A DNA stretch of 64,000 nucleotides from Selaginella moellendorffii (Eukaryota; Plantae; Lycopodiophyta): assembly GCF_000143415.4 (NCBI RefSeq), contig NW_003314319.1:586365-650364 (forward strand), given 5' to 3'. The position numbers and the translations under genes were made by a program. The notes under the pieces were generated by a model. The model saw nothing but the letters and a program-made list of their open reading frames with translations. It was not told the origin of the DNA and did not search any database. Below are positions 11,585 to 21,309 of the stretch, piece by piece (position 1 is the first letter of the stretch; every line of letters starts with the position of its first letter).

Positions 11585-13472
11585 CTATGCTAGTTCCTTT
11601 GAACAGCGCAAGTCCTGCCTTTCTCTTGTTGCTCCGACGAAGATTGTTGGCGCCAGTTCCTGGGCCATACTCAAACTCGTCGTTGTCGCTTCCTGAGAAC
11701 CTGAGCTATCAGCTTTGGCCATCTTTTGCTGGATGTATTCCCTCAAAAGATTGGACCTCAATTTGCCATGCCGATCCTGCCATTCGAAAAGTTGTAGCTC
11801 ATTGTAACTTTAGATGAATTACCTTCTTACGAAGAGCAGCATGCCAATGGTTTTTTATTGAGTTGTCAGTTCTTCCAGGTAGCATCTGGAATTTATAGAC
11901 AAAACATCAGTATAAGTTGAACAAGTCTGTAGAAAGCTTTTGCTTACCTTCGCTATGGCGGACCACTTATTTCCAAAGTAAGAGTGCGCTTGAACTAGCA
12001 GCTCTTCCTCTTCCTTTGTCCACCCTTCCTTTCTAATATCCGGTTGGAGATGATTCACCCATCGCTCTCTGCATTGTTTTCCAGAGCGATCTGTGAAACA
12101 AGCCCCCCAAGTTCACTTCAGTCCCACGTAGTGTTCATCCCCAGCCCCAGCTTTCTTATGTTTTACCTCACTTCTTCATAAATCCAAAGAGGCATTGCTA
12201 ACAGTGAAACTCACTCGCCATGAACGTCGAGATGAGCGACCAGCGTCGCGTGCCATACTGCTTGACGAGCTTCACGAGTGACTTATCCTCGGCTAAGCTC
12301 CACTGCCCCTTGACACGGTTCCTCTGGCCTCCCATCTCTTGTAAAGGACCGCAGAGCTGAGATATAGTACTCTGCGGCGAAGCGACGTCGCCTTGAGTAG
12401 CAACAGTAGCAGACTGCTCGCCAAAGAGCCGGGAGGAATTCGAGGCCGAGGTATTTTCTGCCACCCCTTGACACGGAGGTGGTGGGACGCCCGACCATTT
12501 CAAAGTTCCATCGTTTCGTTGCTTCGTCCACTGCTGGCTCGTCATCGTCGTTGGATTGAACTGAGGCTTGGCTTGGAGCATGGGTATTCCCAACGCCGGA
12601 AGAAGGTGCTGCCGAGCGGACAGATTCATAGGAATGTCTGCTTGTGGCGCTCTTGACTGGCACAACAAGCAGCTATCCATTCCAGGAAACTTTGCGACGA
12701 GCGGTTCTTCTCCAGCTCCAGAACACCTCGGCTGCTGCTGCTGGTGATGGTGGTGGAGGTGCTGCTGCTGCTGCTGCGGCTCACAACTTCCAGGAATCGA
12801 GAGCTTCTGTGGGATCAGCTTCGCTGATGGATTACAAGCCGCAGGAACCTGGAAGCTGGGAAATCTCGCCACGGAGCAAGGTGGTGGTGGTGGTGGTGGC
12901 AGGAGGTGGTGGAAAAAAGGATTGTCGCAAGACGATGGTGGATGCCCCATGACGTGATGAGCTGGAGTTTGATGGTTGACACTGGCATCCGCGGAGGGGG
13001 TCTCTTTGCAGTAGAAGTTGCCACCTCCGGTTACCTGGGGATGTCCGTGAAAGCTCTCATCGCACAGGAAGTTCCCGAGTAAGTTGCTGTGAAACAATGT
13101 CGACAGAAACTGGAGCTGGGAGAGCTTAGAGTAGAACCAAACTGGCTGTTGCTGCTGCTGGTGCTGCTGCTTCACGGGAGAATTCTCAAGAACACAGTGA
13201 GCTGGAGTTTGCGGCGGAGGATGGAGAGGAGGTGGAGCGGCGGGCAACAGACAGTGTGGAATTGCCAGGCAGCAAGTCTTTCCATCGAACGCCGCACCAT
13301 TCGGAAAGAACGGGAAGAAATTCCCCGCCGCATTCCAGCTTCCATGCTGATCGGCCGGTGGGAACTGGAACCTCGGCAGCGATTGGCACTGCTCCCCTGC
13401 CGGATGGGGATTTGGGCACCCAGCAGCCCCGGAATCCTCCGTCGCAGCACTATGCTTCTCGCGGCAACTCAT
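11585..13472 (-). CDS. R2R3-MYB with long Q/P/H-rich N-terminus and C-terminal DNA-binding domain (MYB98/MYB118/119-like)
   Basis: [79 protein letters not shown], then LLREYI; last exon 11776-11585 after a 46-nt intron. Confidence 0.85.
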
Positions 13473-13764
13473 GGCAGCAGTAGCGATCGATTTCGCGGAA
13501 TCTGGATCATTCCTAGCTCGCTACGCATCCCGCATTGCCGCCGCAAGCTCTGCAGCTTCATCCTCGCCCTGCACCACATTCTCGCCCCCCCCCCCGGATC
13601 AATCCGATGGAATGCGGCCCCTACCTAGTCCACGAAAACCCTAACAGCCGGCGACTGTGAAGCGTTTTCCCGGTGACGGAGATAACGACCAACTTGCATA
13701 CCAGAGCACTTTCCACGCGGCAAGACACGTGTCATAGATATTCCAGGGACTGTAGAGTCCAACT

Positions 13765-15128
13765 ATGGCGATGGGTGTGGAATGCGTGGGTTGGGCAGCT
13801 CGGGATCAATCTGGAGTTCTCTCGCGCCACGAGTTCTCTAGGAGGTATAGTGACAGAGATATTTTTCTGCCTTGATTCTGCTCCAGAGCGATAGGAGACG
13901 ATGACATTTGTTTCAAAATCACCCATTGCGGGATCTGTTACGCCGAAGCCGTGTGCATTTTCAACAAGCTTGGCGACACCAAATATCCCATCGTTCCTGG
14001 GTAAGCCCCCAATTCGTTCTTCAATTATCTAGTTTCCTGACCTTTTCAATTTTATTCCTCGTGGCTTTGATTCCATCCATAGACACGAGATTGTGGGCGT
14101 GGTGACAGAGGTGGGCTCCAATGTGACACGCTTCAAGGTTGGCGACCGCGCTGCCGTTGGAGCTTACTGCCGCTCCTGTGGCTCTTGCGACGACTGCGAT
14201 AATGGAATGGAGAACTACTGCCACAAATTGCTCCTCACGTACAACTACGAAGACATCGATGGAACCATCACCAAAGGAGGCTTCTCCAACAAAATGGTTG
14301 TCCACTCAAGGTAAGAAACTTCAAAGTTTTTTCGAGTTTTTGATCGAACCTTCTGTTGTCTCGCAGGTATGCTTTCCAAATTCCGGACAAGCTCTCGTCC
14401 AGCGATGCCGCTCCACTATTGTGTGCTGGGATCACGGTCTATAGCCCAATGAAACGCTATGGTATGATCTCCCAGACAGGAAAACACCTGGGAGTGATCG
14501 GGCTGGGTGGTTTGGGTCATATGGCCGTTAAGTTTGGCAAAGCTTTCGGCCACAAGGTGACGGTGCTCAGCACATCGCCGGGCAAGAAAGAGGACGCTCT
14601 CACTCTCCTTGGGGCTGACGAGTTTCTCGTCACAAAAGATCCACAAGCGTTGCATGTAAGTTCACGTTTAAGATACTTTTCCTCTGGCTCGAGACGTCAT
14701 TCTTTGTTTGTTCACCATGACAGGCCGCAGGAAAATCCATAGATTGGATCATCGATACAGCGGCAGGGAAACACGATCTGAACTTGTATCTCCCACTTCT
14801 AAAGACGGGAGGGCACTTAGTCATGGTGGGTGTTCCACCGAGTATTGAATTTGCTACACACTTGATGTTGCGTAAGTTTTTCTTTCATACTTTTTTCTTG
14901 TTTGGCTCATTCTATATATTGTGTTTCTTAGCCAGGAGATCGATCTCCGGGAGCGTAACCGGCGGATGCAAAGAGATCGAAGAGATGCTCCAATTTTGTG
15001 CCGATAAGCAAATCCTCCCCAACATCGAGATAGTTCCCATCGACTACGCAAACACTGCCATACAAAGGATGATCAGAAGCGACGTTAAGTTTCGTTTCGT
15101 CATAGACATCGCAAGCTCTTTAAAGTAA
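13765..15128 (+). CDS. Cinnamyl alcohol dehydrogenase-like (CAD1-type), copy 1
   Basis: [31 protein letters not shown], structural Zn motif [42 protein letters not shown]. Confidence 0.93.
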
Positions 15129-15189
15129 GCGTTTTAAACAAAAGATAAAGGTGATTAATAAGTTAAACCAATAAATCGCCTCTAGGGCT

Positions 15190-15721
15190 TTCAATCCGGT
15201 TAAAAAGCTGGACAGCAGAGATTCACATGAAGCAAGGCATCGCACACAGCCAATCCAAGAACAATATCTCCGAGTCGGCGATTTCCTACACCAAAGCAGC
15301 CGAGTGTTTTCGGCGAGACGGCTCTACGGACAAAGCGGTTGCGGCGTAGGTTGCGTGGAAAAAACTGGGACCTTCTTGCCATCTCCTGGTAGCGATCTGC
15401 TCAAAGAACATTGGAGAGCTGGAGAGCAACGAGAGAGCGCTTGAGGCGTTCAAGACGCCCTCCAAGGTGAATGTGAGATTGTCGCTGTTCAAGGCGGCCG
15501 TTTGCCGCGTTCTAGATGCGCGGTACGGGGATCTCGATAGAGTGGTGAAGCACGAGTACGAGGAGATAGATCCCGGGTTTGGATCCAGCACAGAGTTTAG
15601 AATTGTCCAAGGTCTTTACCTCTCGATAGACATGGAGGATGAGCGTGGGTTTTGTGATTCCGTGGATGCTTGCGCCAAGATGTGTGGTGCCAAAGAAACA
15701 TTAGAATTAGCTGCCTTTTAA
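15190..15721 (+). pseudogene. Deleted copy of the alpha-SNAP-like gene
   Basis: Near-identical to 18470-19211 but lacks the ATG, has several internal deletions and a premature TAG (~15347). Confidence 0.85.
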
Positions 15722-15892
15722 TAAGGTGAATCTGGACAATCACAGCCTCTCAATTAAATGCAAGTGCAAGAACGAGTGTAAACTTATCAACAAAAGAATG
15801 CTATGGAACCCTCCATGAAATTCAAAGAATTTATGGCATTTCAATGCTATGTGTGCATGTTAGCCAAAAGCTTGTAGGCAGCAGTGTTGTGC
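15722..15892 (-). pseudogene. Duplicated intergenic DNA plus the 3' tip of the minus-strand PPR gene
   Basis: Matches 19212-19396. Confidence 0.8.
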
Positions 15893-16895
15893 AGCGGTGG
15901 GAGAAATTCGGCCACAGTCCACGATGAGATTGAGGAGCTTGTGCACGCTGGGAAGGCAAGACAAGTGTCCGTTGGGAAGGCAAGATGGGTGTGTCGTGTG
16001 TGCTCTGCCTTGACTCAGGAGATGAAAATTCCGGTGTGGGGGACTGGGAATTCGTTGGTGTCTCCTGAACTGCAGCAGCGTTGATAGAACAGATGAGATT
16101 CAAGGGCACTTATACTATGACTAACTTGCATGCCTACAACTCGCAAACCGTAGAAAGTGTGAGGGATTGAGATCCCTAAGAAGAAATATATATGGATAAT
16201 TAATACCACGTGGTAACACATGATCGGCCATTTGGTGAAGGATTTCAGCCATCTGGTGAGTCGTAATGAAGCCATTTGGTGAAAGCATTCATGGATAAGT
16301 ATATGTATATAAGCTATCTGCTTGGCTAGAGACCAGCGTGGCCTTGGCTCAAAGCAACCTCACCTCCTATGTCGATCTTAGCTGGGAGCAGCCTGATCAT
16401 AGCGAGTCAGTTTCAGCTCATAGTGAGTCAGCTGCTTGGAGCAGTGAGTTGATCACAGCTTAAGGTAGCCTAGTTACAGCGATCAAACTTAACTTGGAGT
16501 AGCAGTTGGAATGGCTGTCAAGCTGTAATGGAAGCAAGTTTACATTTTTCAAGCCTCTAGAAAAGAGTGTAGGTCCACGTTGCATCCTTCATGGGGAGCT
16601 AGTGAAAGAAAACTGTTCTTAAGCCTCTAGATGGTCAGCCATCCTTCTCTGCGTTACACCCATAAATACTTGAAGCTTGAATAAAGTCCTTCAGTCTTCC
16701 TGGTTCAATCAAGCCCTGAGAAGCCTAAATGAATTGATACCTTTGCTGGAAATTTCTTGTTATAACTAGTGTAAAAAAATCCACTCTCAAGAGCAAGAAT
16801 TCTTCACTAAACCCCATAAAACCTCATTTCATTCCTTGCAGCCCTAGACTCCCTAGATTTAAGACTGGGATTCGAACTAAGCACCACTTTTTCTA
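15893..16895. mobile_element. ~1 kb filler between the duplicated units; LTR-like or TE-derived
   Basis: No match elsewhere in the window; short internal repeats (gccatttggtga x3 at 16227-16282; agtgagtcag-like), TATA-like and AATAAA motifs; no coding domain or TSD recognised. Confidence 0.3.
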
Positions 16896-16907
16896 TAGAG
16901 TCCAACT

Positions 16908-18371
16908 ATGGCGATGGGTGTGGAATGCGTGGGTTGGGCAGCTCGGGATCAATCTGGAGTTCTCTCGCGCCACGAGTTCTCTAGGAGGTATAGTGACAAA
17001 GATATTTTTCTGCCTTGATTCTGCTCCAGAGCGATAGGAGACGATGACATTTGTTTCAAAATCACCCACTGCGGGATCTGTTACGCTGAAGCCGTGTGGC
17101 TTTTCAACAAGCTTGGCGACACCAAATATCCCATCGTTCCTGGGTAAGCGAGAGAGAACTCCCCAATTCGTTCTTCAATTATCTGGTTTCCTGGATCCCC
17201 TTTCTTTTCTTTTGAACCCAGCATGATCTCTCCCTCAGTTTTTCTTCTGTTCTTATTTTTGTTCTTGGTTTCTCTCCTAGTTGACTTTTTCAGTTTTTTC
17301 CTCACGGCTTTGATTCCATCCATAGACACGAGATTGTAGGCGTGGTGGCAGAGGTGGGCTCCAATGTGACACGCTTCAAGGTTGGCGACCGCGCTGGCGT
17401 TGGAGCTTACTGCCGCTCCTGTGGCTCTTGCGACGACTGCGATAATGGAATGGAGAACTATTGCCACAAATCGCTCCTCACGTACAACTACGAAGACATC
17501 GATGGAACCATCACCAAAGGAGGCTTCTCCAACAAAATGGTTGTCCACTCAAGGTAAGAAACTTCAAAGTTTTTTTCGAGTTTTTGATCGAACCTTCTGT
17601 TGTCTCGCAGGTATGCTTTCCAAATTCCGGACAAGCTCTCGTCCAGCGATGCCGCTCCACTATTGTGTGCTGGGATCACGGTCTATAGCCCAATGAAACG
17701 CTATGGTATGATCTCCCAGACAGGGAAACACCTGGGAGTGATCGGGCTGGGTGGTTTGGGTCATATGGCCGTCAAGTTTGGCAAAGCTTTCGGCCACAAG
17801 GTGACGGTGCTCAGCACATCGCCGGGCAAGAAAGAGGACGCTCTCACTCTCCTTGGGGCTGACGAGTTTCTCGTCACAAAAGATCCACAGGCGTTGCATG
17901 TAAGTTCGTGTTTAAGATACTTTTCCTCTGGCTCGAGACGTCATTCTTTGTTTGTTCATCATGACAGGCCGCAGAAAAATCCATAGATTGGATCATCGAC
18001 ACAGCGGCAGGGAAACACGATCTAAACTTGTATCTCCCGCTTCTAAAGACGGGAGGGCACTTAGTCATGGTGGGCGTTCCACCGAGTCATGAATTTGCTC
18101 CACACTTGATGTTGCGTAAGTTTTCTTTCGTGCTTTTTTCTTGTTTGGCTCATTCTATAGATTGTGTTTCATAGCCATGAGATCGATCTCCGGGAGCTCA
18201 ACCGGCGGATGCAAAGAGATCGAAGAGATGCTCCAATTTTGTGCCGATAAGCAAATCCTCCCCAACATCGAGATAGTTCCCATCGACTACGCAAACACTG
18301 CCATACAAAGGATGATCAAAAGCGACGTTAAGTTTCGTTTCGTCATAGACATCGCAAGCTCTTTAAAGTAA
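16908..18371 (+). CDS. Cinnamyl alcohol dehydrogenase-like (CAD1-type), copy 2
   Basis: Same exon structure and motifs as copy 1; intron 2 is ~100 bp longer; about 11 amino-acid differences. Confidence 0.92.
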
Positions 18372-18464
18372 GCGTTTAATCAATAATGATTAATGATTAA
18401 TAAGTTAAACCAATACATCGCCTTTTTGCATCACTATAAGTATGAAGTCTTCTCTAGGGTTTTC

Positions 18465-19211
18465 ATGGCGTTCTTGTGGAGCAATCCGGTTAAAAAGCTA
18501 GAAGAGGAGAAGCGATGGTCCGAGGCAGCAGAGATTCACATGAAGCAAGGCATTGACAGCCAATCCAAGACCAATATCTCCGAGTCGGCGATTTCCTACA
18601 CGAAAGCAGCTGAGTGTTTTCGGCGAGACGGCTCCACGGACAAAGCGGTCGCGGCGTGGCACCTCGCGAAGGTTGCGTGGAAAAAACTGGGACCTTCTTG
18701 CCATCTCCTGGCAGCGATCTGCTCAAAGAACATTGGAGAGCTGGAGAGCAACGAGCGGGCGCTTGAGGCGTTCAAGGAGGCCTCCGTCCTTTTCGGGAAT
18801 ACCAATCTCAAGGAGTCACTGCGGTGCCAGATCCGGGCCGCCAACCTGGCCGTGGTCATTGCGAAGTTTGGCGAGGCGACCCAGATGTTTGAAGCTATTG
18901 CGCGTAGCACCCCAACGCCCTCCAAGGTGAATGTGAGATCGTCGCTGTTCAAGGCTGCCGTTTGCCGCGTTCTAGATGCGCGGTACGGGGATCTCGATAG
19001 AGTGGTGAAGCACGAGTACGAGAAGCTAGATCCCGGGTTTGGATCCAGCGCAGAGTTTAGAATTGTCCAAGGTCTTTACCTCTCGATAGACATGGAGGAT
19101 GAGCATGGGTTTTGTGATTCCGTGGATGCTTGCGCCAAGATGTTTGGTGCCAAAGAAACATTAGTGAAAGAACTCTTGTACAAATGTTATACTGAGTTAG
19201 CAGCCTTTTAA
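18465..19211 (+). CDS. Intronless, divergent alpha-SNAP-like (TPR-like) protein
   Basis: YTKAAECFRR, ALEAFKEASVLF, ATQMFEAIAR, LFKAAVC, YEKLDPGFGSSAEFRIVQGL, IDMEDEHGFCDSV parallel alpha-SNAP segments; no acidic DL tail. Confidence 0.7.
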   Translation: MAFLWSNPVKKLEEEKRWSEAAEIHMKQGIDSQSKTNISESAISYTKAAECFRRDGSTDKAVAAWHLAKVAWKKLGPSCHLLAAICSKNIGELESNERALEAFKEASVLFGNTNLKESLRCQIRAANLAVVIAKFGEATQMFEAIARSTPTPSKVNVRSSLFKAAVCRVLDARYGDLDRVVKHEYEKLDPGFGSSAEFRIVQGLYLSIDMEDEHGFCDSVDACAKMFGAKETLVKELLYKCYTELAAF

Positions 19212-19350
19212 TAAGGTGAATCTGGACAATCACAGCCTCTCAATTGAATGCAAGTGCAAGAACGAGTGTAAACTTATCAACAAAAGAATGCTATGGAGTA
19301 ACCTCAGTCTGTACAACACCCTCCTCCATGAAATTCATGGCATTTCAATG

Positions 19351-21237
19351 CTATTTGTGCATGTTAGCCAAGAGTTTGTAGGCAGCAGTGTTGTGCGGAT
19401 TGAGCTCCACCACCTTTTGCGAAGCTCGGGCAGCCCTGAAAGCGTCGCCATGGAGTTTACAAGCGCCCAAGAGTGTACCCCATGCAATTGCTTCAGCCTC
19501 GAAGGGCATGGAATCCACGAGCTCCTCGGCAGCATCCAGCTGGCCAGCCCGGCCTAGCGCATCCACAATGCAGCAATAGTGCTGGAGCGTTGGGATGATC
19601 CCACGGTCGATCTTAATGGATGCAAAGCAACTTCTACTGCTCGCCACCTTGCCCTTGTGAGCGAACGAGTGGAGGATTCTCATGTAGCTCGTGTCATCCA
19701 CAACAGCGCCCTGGAGATCCGAAAATCTAAACAAGGAGAGCGCGTCGTTTGCGTACCCAAACCCCGAGTACGTGGAAATCATAGCGTTGAATGAGGATGA
19801 GTCACGGCAGGGCATAATCTCAAACAAGAAACTCGCAGCATCAAGATTTCCGCACTGAGCATATGCGGTAAACATGGTGGCCCAGGACGAAGAATCCTTT
19901 GCTGGCATTTTCTTAAACATTCGTATTGCATCGTTGGTATGGCCATTCTCAACGAGAGCTGCGATTATAGCATTCCATGCAATCGTGTCACGGCTGAGGA
20001 TATCCTCAAACATTTCTAAAGCCAAAGAGAGATACCCGGCTTGAGAATATGCCTGCATCAATGTAGTTTTTGCAACAATGTCTGGCTCCCGAATCTGGTC
20101 GAATGTCCATTTTGCTTCCTCGATCTTGCCCTTGAGAGCGTAGGCTCTCACCATAGCTGTGCAAGACACAACATTAAGATCTGGAATCTTGAGAAAGAGG
20201 GCCATTGCTTCCTCTAGAAATCCTTCATTAGCATATACCGTCAAAAGAGTGGTCCACGAAACGATGCTTGGGTTGGGCATCTCATCGAAAGCTCTCTTGC
20301 ATTCTTCTACGTAGCCATGTTGGCAGTAGGCTCCAAGCATAATATTCCATGACACTACATCTGGTTGAGGCATATTCTGCAGAACATCTCTCGCTTGCTG
20401 TAAGCTGCCTTCATCCGCAAATGCCTGAAGCATGAGATTCCAAGACGTGGTATCTCTTTCTGGCATCGAATCAAACAGATCCTTGGAATCATCTAGATGC
20501 CCGTTTTGGGCAAACGCTTGTAGCATGGTGTTCCAAGTGATAATGTTTCGAAACGGCATAGAGAAAAAAAGAGTCTTTGAGTGTAAAAGACAACCATTCG
20601 CGGAGTACGCTCCGATCATGACCGTCCACGTTACAACATCGCGCACGTCCATTCGATCAAACATGGACTTTGCTTCGGCAAAATGCCCTGATCTGGCAAA
20701 CGCTGCAATCATCGTGTTCCAGGAAACCACGTCAAAGCCCAAAATGAGGTCAAAGTATTTCTTTGCGGCCCCAAGATTCCCGGACTGGGCATATGCTTGG
20801 AACATTACGTTGAAAGAGACGGCATTCTTGCAAGGAATGGCATCAAACACGCGCTGGGCTTCCACAAGATGCCCACTCTCGGTATATGCCACAAGGAGAA
20901 TGTTCCAGGAATATACGTTGGGCTCACCAATGGAGTGGAACGTCTTGAGCGCGTCCTCGCAACTATGGCATTGCCCATACATTTTCACGAGGAGATTCTT
21001 GAGGTATCGGTTCTCTCGATAGGAGCTGGATTGGATCGCCGCATCGATTCGCCGGGCTCGCTGCAAATCGCGCAAATCTCCACACTCGCGGATGAGTTGC
21101 TCGTAGTAGTCTTGGCCCCGGAGAACCTTGTGAGGGAAATCCGGGTTTCTTGATCTCTTGGCACTGCTACTCACGATTTCTTTTGCCAGATCTTGCCAGC
21201 GGCTGGGACTATCCAATGCCGCTGGAGATGGGATCAT
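19351..21237 (-). CDS. PLS-class PPR protein with E-type C-terminus, no DYW
   Basis: Tandem ~31-aa motifs (DVVSWN..AxxG...A..LFD.MP); HYCCIVDALGRAGQL..MPFEAEAIAWGTLLGACKLHGD. Confidence 0.92.
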   Translation of the reverse strand: MIPSPAALDSPSRWQDLAKEIVSSSAKRSRNPDFPHKVLRGQDYYEQLIRECGDLRDLQRARRIDAAIQSSSYRENRYLKNLLVKMYGQCHSCEDALKTFHSIGEPNVYSWNILLVAYTESGHLVEAQRVFDAIPCKNAVSFNVMFQAYAQSGNLGAAKKYFDLILGFDVVSWNTMIAAFARSGHFAEAKSMFDRMDVRDVVTWTVMIGAYSANGCLLHSKTLFFSMPFRNIITWNTMLQAFAQNGHLDDSKDLFDSMPERDTTSWNLMLQAFADEGSLQQARDVLQNMPQPDVVSWNIMLGAYCQHGYVEECKRAFDEMPNPSIVSWTTLLTVYANEGFLEEAMALFLKIPDLNVVSCTAMVRAYALKGKIEEAKWTFDQIREPDIVAKTTLMQAYSQAGYLSLALEMFEDILSRDTIAWNAIIAALVENGHTNDAIRMFKKMPAKDSSSWATMFTAYAQCGNLDAASFLFEIMPCRDSSSFNAMISTYSGFGYANDALSLFRFSDLQGAVVDDTSYMRILHSFAHKGKVASSRSCFASIKIDRGIIPTLQHYCCIVDALGRAGQLDAAEELVDSMPFEAEAIAWGTLLGACKLHGDAFRAARASQKVVELNPHNTAAYKLLANMHK

Positions 21238-21309
21238 AGATCACGCAAACGAGAGGAAGATCTCGATCATAGAACAAGAAGAAGAAAGAAATGGGAGGAT
21301 CTAGGGTTT

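Noticed and set aside
16862-16886. GTTCGAATCCC B-box or PBS-like sequence with a nearby CACCA
   Set aside because: No A-box or cloverleaf, and the orientation does not fit a tRNA 3' end or a PBS
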